Shown here in pieces: positions 56,753-64,000 of a stretch of DNA of 64,000 bases. Position numbers and translations under genes: made by a program. Position 1 is the stretch's first letter. Every line of letters starts with the position of its first letter. The stretch lies in NCBI GenBank assembly GCA_965248575.1, contig CBDFJQ010000002.1, positions 800,001 to 864,000 of the forward strand. Direction: 5' to 3'. The notes beneath the pieces were generated by a model. It was not told where the DNA came from. It did not search any database and worked only from the letters and a program-made list of their open reading frames with translations. Source of the DNA: Planctomycetota bacterium. GTDB lineage: Bacteria; Planctomycetota; B15-G4.

Positions 56753-57388
56753 CTAGAGACTCGAGCGAACGACCCCGACAACCATGCCTTCGATCTCCAC
56801 GTCAGGCTGGGACAGGATCATCGGCTCCAGGCGCTCGTTGGCGGGCTGCAGGCGGACGTGGTTGCGCTCCTTGTAGAAGCGCTTCACGGTGGCCTTCTTG
56901 CCGCCAGTGTCCTCGTCATCGATGCGCGCCACCACGATCTGTCCGTTCTCGGCGGACTTGGCGGGCTGGACGATGACCAGATCGCCGTTGCAGATGTGGG
57001 CATCGATCATGGAATCGCCTTCGATGCGCAGCATGTAGCAGCTGTCGAGATCCCGGGCGAGGTCTTCCATGGTGAAGGCTTCTTCCGCCTCCACTTCTTC
57101 GATGAAGGCGCCTGCTGCCACACGCCCACGGATGCTGAGCACGCGCGCTGGAGGGGCGTCGGCATGACCGGGCTGCGAGCCGTTCTCGACCAGCTCGATG
57201 GAGCGCTTGCGATTGGCTTCCTTGCGGATCGCGCCCTTGGACTCCAAGGCTTTCACGTGTTCGTGAATCGTGATCTTGGAGACCCCGAAGTACTGCGCCA
57301 TCTCTTCGAGGGTGGGGGAGATGCCCTTGTCCGCAATGAACTCGCGGATGAAGGTCAGGATGGCGTTCTGCTTCTCAGTCAGGAACAA
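56753..57388 (-). CDS. lexA: SOS repressor LexA
   Basis: LTEKQ, PTLEEMA wHTH, RSIEL, cleavage site VAAG, catalytic GDSM and TVKRF, LQPAN. Confidence 0.95.
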   Translation of the reverse strand: MFLTEKQNAILTFIREFIADKGISPTLEEMAQYFGVSKITIHEHVKALESKGAIRKEANRKRSIELVENGSQPGHADAPPARVLSIRGRVAAGAFIEEVEAEEAFTMEDLARDLDSCYMLRIEGDSMIDAHICNGDLVIVQPAKSAENGQIVVARIDDEDTGGKKATVKRFYKERNHVRLQPANERLEPMILSQPDVEIEGMVVGVVRSSL

Positions 57389-57764
57389 AGCGCTCTGCCT
57401 CGCTTTTGGGAACGGTCAGGTTTCGCGCGAGTGGCGGAGAGCCGAGCGGGTGTGGCTTCCGTTCGCGCGATGAGAAAAAGGCCGGTCAACCCCGCGGACT
57501 CCCAGGCGGCACCGAAGGGAGGCGGTGGTGCATCCTGATCTTGTAGATGGCGGTGAAGTCCGAGGGGTTGCCCGGCCGGGTCGAAATGTGGTTCGAAAGA
57601 TCCGAAGCGAAGGACTGCGCGGACGCAGCAAGCTGGGCCTTCGGAGAGGGTCTCTCAAGCGGTGCAGGGAACACCGCTCGGCCGGGAAGCCGGCGGCAAG
57701 TCGTTCCGTTCAAGACTCGATAGTGGGTGGCAGACGGGATCAAGATTTCTGGCTCGTGAGCAGC

Positions 57765-57905
57765 TCAGATGAACAGGCAGGCGAGAAACATGAGCAGCAT
57801 GGCGACCAGGGCGAGCGTGTCGCTGCGCACGATTTCCCGTATCATTCCGAGGTGTTTCGCCCGACTTTGGATACGGGTGGAGAGGGCTGCGATGGCGGCA
57901 GTCAT
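57765..57905 (-). CDS. Possible small C-terminally anchored membrane protein (46 aa)
   Basis: MTAAIAALSTRIQSRAKHLGMIREIVRSDTLALVAMLLMFLACLFI: basic segment plus a terminal TM helix, upstream of lexA on the same strand. Confidence 0.3.
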   Translation of the reverse strand: MTAAIAALSTRIQSRAKHLGMIREIVRSDTLALVAMLLMFLACLFI

Positions 57906-58133
57906 GGTGAGATCGAAGCTCCAGTCGAGAAGTAGCGATGGAAGGGCCCGAACGACTTTGTTCGGCTTCCGTAACCCTAACATCGGTGCAACATTCGGGA
58001 TCTTCGGTGCTTGTTAGGAAATACTTTCGGTTTTCGTTCGGGTGGCGATGCGCTTCGTATGGGAGAAGAGACATCCGGCCCCGAATCTGCCACGGAGCCC
58101 CCGTTTGCCTTCCTTCGCTGAAGAGTTCGCGTC

Positions 58134-59801
58134 TTGGTCTTGAGTGATTTGCAGCCGCCCCAGCAGCCCCCGCTGCAGCCCCCCCTGGAGCTAGCGGGGC
58201 CGAATGTGCCGCGGTATCTGGTGCACATGAGCCCCCTGCACCTGCCCAGCCTGACGGTGGATGTGCTGGTGGTGGGTGGTGGCGTCGCGGGCCTCAGCGC
58301 GGCCATCGCGGCCGGCGAGAGTCGCAGCACGCTGGTCGTATTCAAGGGTGCCCGCAACAAGACCGCCACGAACTGGGCGCAAGGGGGGATGGCGGCCGTG
58401 CTGGGCGACGACGACAGCCTGGCATCCCATGAGGCCGACACGACCGAGGTCGCTGGTGGGCTAGCGCATCAGGACGTCGTGCGCGAGATCGTGGCCGACG
58501 GTCCCGAGGTGGTGAAGCGCTGGCTCGGATGGGGCGGGCAGTTCGACCGCGATGAGCACGAGCAACTCAAGCTCGCCATGGAGGGGGGCCACTCGGTGGC
58601 GCGCATCATCCACTCCCATGGCGACCAGACCGGCGCAGAGATCCAGCGTCTCTTGGTTGCCAAGGCCAGCAGCATGGACAAGGTGGAGGTGCATGAGGAC
58701 ACCTTCGTCCTGGACCTGGTGACCCAAGGTGACAGCGTGCACGGTGTCATCGCGTGGAGCCATGAGCAGGGCTACCACGTGATCTGGGCCGGCTCCACGA
58801 TTCTCGCAGCGGGTGGTGTGGGGCGCGTGTATCGCGAGTCCAGCAACCCCAAGTCTGCCACCGGTGACGGGCACGCTCTCGCCTATCGCGCTGGTGCTCG
58901 CATGCGCGGGATGGAGTTCGTGCAGTTCCATCCGACCGTGCTCTACGTGGCGGGCATGGCGCGCTTCCTGGTGAGCGAAACGGCGCGCGGCGAAGGGGGC
59001 AAGCTGGTCGATCGGACAGGCGAGCGCTTCATGCCGTCCTATCACGAACGCGCCGAGTTGGCGCCGCGCGACATCGTCAGCCGCTCGATCGTGACGCAGC
59101 TGGGCAAGGTGCGCGACAGCAATGTCTATCTCGACATGCGGCACCTGAGCGAGGAGCGCCTCAAGGCGCGCTTCCCCGTGATCTATCGCGCGTGTGCCGA
59201 GTTCGATATCGACATGGCGAAGGACCTGATCCCCGTCCACCCTGCCTGTCACTACATGGTGGGTGGAGTGGAGACCGACACCCACGGCCGCACCAATTTG
59301 ACGGGCCTCTACGCCTGCGGCGAGGTGGGTTCGACAGGTTTCCATGGCGCGAACCGCATGGGCAGCAATTCCCTGCTGGAAGGTGCGGTCGTGGGGCATC
59401 GTGCCGGCGCGCACGCTGCCGCATCCGAGCGCAGCCCGCGCGTGGCGACGGATGCAGAGCCCCACCCCGAGCGCGCTCACAGCACCGCACTCGACCTGCA
59501 CGACATGGACAACGCCCTGCGCTCCACCATGTGGCGGCTCGTGGGCATTGAACGCGAGGAGCTGGGGCTGTCCTCTGCGACCCACCGGATCGAATCCTGG
59601 CTGCACATGGTCAGTCAGCGCGTGTTGGGTGACCCCTTTGGCTGGAGTCTGACCAACAAGCTGCTGACATCGGCGCTCATCACGCGTGCAGCTGCGGCGC
59701 GCCAGGAGAGCAGGGGGACGCACTTCCGGCGTGACTTCCCGGCGCTGGACGACTCCCAGTGGCGTCGCGACATCGTCATCGTGCGGAGTGACCCTTCATG
59801 A
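58134..59801 (+). CDS. nadB: L-aspartate oxidase
   Basis: GGGVAG, WAQGG, EGGHS, QFHPT, SETARGEG, ELAPRDIVSR, HYMVGG, HGANRMGSNSLLE, ESRGTHFR. True start may be GTG 58206. Confidence 0.92.
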   Translation: MVLSDLQPPQQPPLQPPLELAGPNVPRYLVHMSPLHLPSLTVDVLVVGGGVAGLSAAIAAGESRSTLVVFKGARNKTATNWAQGGMAAVLGDDDSLASHEADTTEVAGGLAHQDVVREIVADGPEVVKRWLGWGGQFDRDEHEQLKLAMEGGHSVARIIHSHGDQTGAEIQRLLVAKASSMDKVEVHEDTFVLDLVTQGDSVHGVIAWSHEQGYHVIWAGSTILAAGGVGRVYRESSNPKSATGDGHALAYRAGARMRGMEFVQFHPTVLYVAGMARFLVSETARGEGGKLVDRTGERFMPSYHERAELAPRDIVSRSIVTQLGKVRDSNVYLDMRHLSEERLKARFPVIYRACAEFDIDMAKDLIPVHPACHYMVGGVETDTHGRTNLTGLYACGEVGSTGFHGANRMGSNSLLEGAVVGHRAGAHAAASERSPRVATDAEPHPERAHSTALDLHDMDNALRSTMWRLVGIEREELGLSSATHRIESWLHMVSQRVLGDPFGWSLTNKLLTSALITRAAAARQESRGTHFRRDFPALDDSQWRRDIVIVRSDPS

Positions 59802-59814
59802 ACGGCGGCCGCTC

Positions 59815-61143
59815 ATGAAGGGTGGCATGCACGAGTCGGAAACACGTCCGCCCATCGCGGTGCTCTTCGGCAGGGCTGGAGGGCCCGACGGGACCCAGCC
59901 GTCTGGCCTGGAGCCGGAGGATGTCCTGGACGAGCTCGCCGGCCTCGCCGAGGCAGCGGATGTGGGTGTGGCCGGGCGCTTGGTCCAGAGCCTGCAGCGC
60001 CCGCTGCCCGCGACCTACGTCGGGTCCGGCAAGGTGCAAGAGCTCAAGGAGCTCGCGAAGTCCGTGCATGCGGAGCTCGTGCTCGCCGATGTGGACCTCA
60101 GCCCCGCGCAGGCACGGAACCTGACCAAGGCGATCGGGGTGCGCGTGGTGGACCGCTCCGAATTGATCATGGACATCTTTGCCGGCAGAGCGCGCACCGC
60201 TCAGGCGAAGTTGCAGGTCGAGTTGGCCCAGCTGAAGTACATGCTGCCGCGACTGCGTGGCCAGTGGGAGCACCTCGACCGCTACAAGGGCGGCGGAGTC
60301 GGTACCCGTGGGCCGGGTGAAAAGCAGCTCGAGACCGACCGCCGATTGGTGAACAAACGCATCGGCGACCTGCAGTCGCGCCTCGAGGTCTATGGGCGGC
60401 GCACCCAACTGAACCTGGCGGGGCGCAGCATCGCGCGCAAGGTGGCTCTCGCGGGCTACACGAACACGGGCAAGAGCACGCTCTTCAACCGCGTCACAGG
60501 CGCTGACCGCCTGGCTGCGAACCGGCTCTTCGCCACCCTGGATACGAGAACCCGCAAGTGGCGGCTACCACAGTGCGAGGACCTCATCCTGTCTGACACG
60601 GTGGGCTTCGTGCGCGCGCTCCCGCACCATCTGGTCGCGTCCTTCCACGCGACCTTGGAGGAGGTGGTGGAGGCAGACCTGGTGCTGCACGTCGTGGACG
60701 CCGCCGACCCGCATGTCGTCGACTGCATGCAAGCCGTCGCAGAGACGCTCAAGGAAATCGGTGCCGCAGACGTGCCGACCATCACGGTCTTCAACAAGGT
60801 GGACCTGGTGACCGACACCATGGAACTCCAGTCGCTCCTGAACGCGCACCCTGGAGCGGTGGTCATCTCCGCGCGCACGGGTTACGGGCTCAACGATCTC
60901 GAGCAGGCCGTGCGCAGCTTCTTCATCGCGCGGACATGCGAGTTCGAGCTGGTGGTGCCCATCCACCGTGGTCGCGAGCTGGCCCGGGCGGGCGAGCTTG
61001 CAGAAGTCACGGCGAGTGAGGCGGACACGGAGATGGTGCGATTGAGCCTGCGCGTGGAGGACGGCCGCATCGCGCGCCTCAAGGCCTGGGCCGAGGCGGA
61101 GGGCCTCGAGCTCAGTGCAAGCGGATCCGCTCGCCCGGCGTGA
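59815..61143 (+). CDS. hflX: Ribosome-associated GTPase HflX
   Basis: GSGKVQEL, LQVELAQL, GPGEKQLETDRR, GYTNTGKST, LFATLD, DTVGF, NKVD, ISA. Start uncertain (59788, 59815 or 59827). Confidence 0.95.
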   Translation: MKGGMHESETRPPIAVLFGRAGGPDGTQPSGLEPEDVLDELAGLAEAADVGVAGRLVQSLQRPLPATYVGSGKVQELKELAKSVHAELVLADVDLSPAQARNLTKAIGVRVVDRSELIMDIFAGRARTAQAKLQVELAQLKYMLPRLRGQWEHLDRYKGGGVGTRGPGEKQLETDRRLVNKRIGDLQSRLEVYGRRTQLNLAGRSIARKVALAGYTNTGKSTLFNRVTGADRLAANRLFATLDTRTRKWRLPQCEDLILSDTVGFVRALPHHLVASFHATLEEVVEADLVLHVVDAADPHVVDCMQAVAETLKEIGAADVPTITVFNKVDLVTDTMELQSLLNAHPGAVVISARTGYGLNDLEQAVRSFFIARTCEFELVVPIHRGRELARAGELAEVTASEADTEMVRLSLRVEDGRIARLKAWAEAEGLELSASGSARPA

Positions 61144-61498
61144 GCTGATCAGGGTCGCTCAGCTGGTTCAAGCGGGCGAGGTCCGGAGCCCAGCTGGCCG
61201 AACCCAACTTGTCCTGCGCGATGCTGCTGAGCGTGTCACCGACCTGGATGACGTACCACTCCTGGTCCGCCTCGGGAACGCCCCAGACATCGCCACCTGA
61301 TTCGTCGTCGACCTCAGGGGAGAGCTGGGCCTCAGCCCCCGGCTCGGGGACCGTGCCGAAGAGCAGCACCAGCTCATCGTCCTGACTGATGCGGCCGGGC
61401 TCGTCGGCCGCCATGGCGGGCAAACGCTCCACCATGGTGACCGCCAGGGCCACGAGCGCCAAGAACAGCGCCAGCGCAAGCAGCTGGGTGCGGCTCAG
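61112..61498 (-). CDS. Membrane-anchored LysM-domain protein
   Basis: C-terminal LysM (YVIQVGDTLSSIA...NQLSDPDQLTPGERIRL) and N-terminal TM. Proposed CTG start at 61498; TTG 61462 is the alternative. Confidence 0.8.
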   Translation of the reverse strand: MSRTQLLALALFLALVALAVTMVERLPAMAADEPGRISQDDELVLLFGTVPEPGAEAQLSPEVDDESGGDVWGVPEADQEWYVIQVGDTLSSIAQDKLGSASWAPDLARLNQLSDPDQLTPGERIRLH

Positions 61499-64000
61499 GC
61501 GGGAACTCCCTCGGCCTGGCCGCCCTTCTTGTTCTGTGAAGAGCCCTTGGATGAATTCTTGGCCGCGCTCGGCTTCTGGCTCGGAGCGCTGCCCGTGGTG
61601 TCGTACTTCTTCGCGATCATCGCCAGAACGGGGCTGGCCACGAAGATGGACGAGTAGGTTCCCACGAGGACGCCCAGGATCATGGCGAAGGAGAAGCCCT
61701 CGAGCACGTTCTGCCGTCCGTAGTTGAAGACGAAGATGATGATCAAGGCCACCAAGGTCGTCATGGACGTGAGCACGGTACGCGAGAGCGTCTGGTTGAT
61801 GGAGATGTCGAGCACTTCCTGGAAGGTCTTGTCCTTCAGGCGCGGCAGGTTCTCGCGGATGCGATCGAAGAGCACGATCGTGTCGTTAAGGGAGTAGCCG
61901 ATGATCGTCAGGAAGGCTGCGATCATCGCCAGGTCGATCTCCACGTCCACGAAGCCGGAGAAGTGCGCCAAGGCCACCACGCCCAGGGTGATGGACACGT
62001 CGTGGGCCAAGGCCACGATGGCGGCGATGCCATAGCGGTACTCCCGGAAGCGGACCCGGATGTAGAGCACGATGGCGATGAACGAGAGCAGGATGGCCCG
62101 GATGGCCGAGTCCCGCAGCTCGGTGCCCACCCTCGAACCGATGGTGGTGGATTCGAGGAAGGGCTCGCTGGCTGCCGGGAGATCAGGAACATCCACGAGG
62201 CTGGTGCGGAAGCGCTGGACGACCTGTTGGGCGTCCAGGTCAACCCGGGCCCAACGTCCACTGACGTGGACACCGCCACCGGGTGCAGCCGACGTCTGTA
62301 CGCCTGAGAGGAAGCCGAGGTGGGCGGCAACCTTCTCGGGTGTCACCGTCTCTGCCGCCGTTTCGCTGTCCTCGAAGTGGAGCGTGCCCGAGATGCTGGT
62401 GCTGGCGTTCTCGGTGTCCTCGTCGAGGCTCAGCCCCGTCATGAAGTCCGGGAGCACCTTGCCAGCCAAGGCCACCTTGAGCGGGTTCTCGAAGCGATCT
62501 TCCAGAGCCGTCTCGTCGTTCTTGTCGTCGATCTCACCCGGCTGGGCCTTGATCTTGATGACGTACTGCTTGCTGGTGCCGTCGGTGCTCTCGTCATCGA
62601 TGACCGAGATGACCTGGGCACCGGCGAAGCGTTCGCCCACCGTCTCGCTGATGTCGGATTGGGTCGTCGACTCGGCCAAGCGGACGTGTGCCTTGTAGCC
62701 ACCGAGGAAGTCGAGACCGTACTTGTCGCGGTCAGCGAGGAAGAAGGCCACGAGGCTTGCGACCACCAGCAGCACGGACACGCGCAAGGCCGTCTTGGAC
62801 TTAGCCATGAAACCGATGCTGGTCTCGCTCTTGATCAGGCGGCGCATGGAGATGTTGGTCCAGCCGCCTTCCACGAGTTTGTCGTAGAACACGCGGCCCA
62901 CCAGCAGGACGCTGAAGACCGAGGTGACGATACCGGTCATGAGGATGACCGAGAAGCCACGCACCGGGCCGGTGCCGACCTTGTAGAGGATGAAGGCCGT
63001 CACGAAGGTCGTGACGTTGGCGTCCACGATGGTGGAGAAGGCCTTCTCGAAGCCCAGTCGCACCGCCTGGTCCACGCCCTTGGCTCGGTCGGCTTCCTCG
63101 CGGATGCGCTCGAAGACGAGGATGTTGGCGTCCACCGCCATGCCGATGGTGAGCACCAGACCTGCGATGCCAGGCAGGGTCAGTGTGGCACCAAGGAACA
63201 TGAGGATGCCCGTGAGCAACGTCATGTTGACCAGCAGACAGATGCCAGCGATCAAGCCATTGGTGCGGTAGTACACCAGCATGAACGCGATGATGGCCAG
63301 AAAGCCGAAGAACGAGGCGGACACACCTGCTGAGATGGCGGCCTCACCGAGGCTCGGTCCCACGGTGTTCTCGAACAACAGCCGGGGCTTCATCTGCAGG
63401 CTGCCCGACTTGATGACCGTGAGGTAGTCCTTGATCTCGGTCGGAGTGAAGCCAGCGACGCCACCCGAGGTGATGACGAAGAAGTCCTCGAGGCGGTCGT
63501 TGATGGTGGCAGGCTGCTCGGACAAACGACCGTCCAACAGGATGCCCATGGCCCGGCCCGCGTTGGGCTCGGTCCAGTCGCCGAACTCACTCGCACGACT
63601 GGGGTTCATGAAGATGCCCACAGCCGGGTTGCCCGAGCTGTCCATGGTCTGCTGGGCTCGCACGATGTCGGAGCCCGTGAAGGTGCGGACCGCAGCCAGC
63701 TCACGCTTGATGAGGCGGAAGTCGGCGGTGCTCAGGGGCGCAGCCGTCAGCAACTCCGCGATGTCCACCGGCCCATCGGCTGCGTTGAGGTCCACTCCAC
63801 GCGCCGCGGCCAGGTACTTGTCGGAGAAGGCGTACCAGCGATAGAGCACGTCCGGCGTCTTGATCTCGAGGCTGGTGAGATCGATCTCGTCGGGCAGGCG
63901 CCCGGCGTTCTCCTCAGCGCTGAGCAGCTCCGTGAGCCGGGCGGTCTCATCCGAGATGATGACCTTGTTGCGGACGTCGTCGTCGCTGCCGTCGCCGCGC
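61495..64000 (-). CDS. secDF: Protein translocase SecD-SecF fusion, 5' end outside the window
   Basis: VGPSLG, TLTLPGIAGLVLTIGMAVDANILVFERIREE, GTGPVRGF, GLDFLGG, GYSLNDTIVLFDRIRE, GTYSSIFVA. Frame is open to the window edge. Confidence 0.95.
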   Translation of the reverse strand, partial: RGDGSDDDVRNKVIISDETARLTELLSAEENAGRLPDEIDLTSLEIKTPDVLYRWYAFSDKYLAAARGVDLNAADGPVDIAELLTAAPLSTADFRLIKRELAAVRTFTGSDIVRAQQTMDSSGNPAVGIFMNPSRASEFGDWTEPNAGRAMGILLDGRLSEQPATINDRLEDFFVITSGGVAGFTPTEIKDYLTVIKSGSLQMKPRLLFENTVGPSLGEAAISAGVSASFFGFLAIIAFMLVYYRTNGLIAGICLLVNMTLLTGILMFLGATLTLPGIAGLVLTIGMAVDANILVFERIREEADRAKGVDQAVRLGFEKAFSTIVDANVTTFVTAFILYKVGTGPVRGFSVILMTGIVTSVFSVLLVGRVFYDKLVEGGWTNISMRRLIKSETSIGFMAKSKTALRVSVLLVVASLVAFFLADRDKYGLDFLGGYKAHVRLAESTTQSDISETVGERFAGAQVISVIDDESTDGTSKQYVIKIKAQPGEIDDKNDETALEDRFENPLKVALAGKVLPDFMTGLSLDEDTENASTSISGTLHFEDSETAAETVTPEKVAAHLGFLSGVQTSAAPGGGVHVSGRWARVDLDAQQVVQRFRTSLVDVPDLPAASEPFLESTTIGSRVGTELRDSAIRAILLSFIAIVLYIRVRFREYRYGIAAIVALAHDVSITLGVVALAHFSGFVDVEIDLAMIAAFLTIIGYSLNDTIVLFDRIRENLPRLKDKTFQEVLDISINQTLSRTVLTSMTTLVALIIIFVFNYGRQNVLEGFSFAMILGVLVGTYSSIFVASPVLAMIAKKYDTTGSAPSQKPSAAKNSSKGSSQNKKGGQAEGVPA

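Overview
GC-rich bacterial DNA. Gene content (sulfatase-like genes, kinase-TPR and CHAT-TPR proteins, a Tat-exported Gfo/Idh/MocA oxidoreductase) suggests a Planctomycetota-like organism; this is inference. Left to right: a 5'-truncated sulfatase-like gene; a DprE1/DprE2/UbiA-like operon; an orphan pilT; an NAD-linked formate dehydrogenase whose alpha subunit reads through an in-frame TGA followed by a SECIS hairpin (selenoprotein); a PafA-like lipoprotein that appears to have lost its catalytic residues; two tandem multicopper oxidases and a cupredoxin that all end in the same ~120-aa C-terminal domain; an osmoprotectant ABC transporter; a ~18 kb aryl-polyene-like type II PKS cluster with two flavin-dependent halogenase-like genes and an O-methyltransferase; secreted PA14/DUF5060 and TPR-CHAT proteins; an accessory region downstream of tRNA-Pro(TGG); a PhyH-family dioxygenase; lexA; nadB; hflX; a LysM protein; and a secDF fusion truncated at the window end. 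The most unusual signals are (1) two tandem, integrase-free modules next to tRNA-Pro, each ending in a tRNA 3' fragment plus a conserved ~120-nt non-coding element, (2) the shared C-terminal domain on three secreted copper proteins, (3) the halogenase-bearing polyene cluster with no starter-unit ligase, and (4) the selenocysteine formate dehydrogenase. All family assignments come from motif recognition by eye, not database searches.
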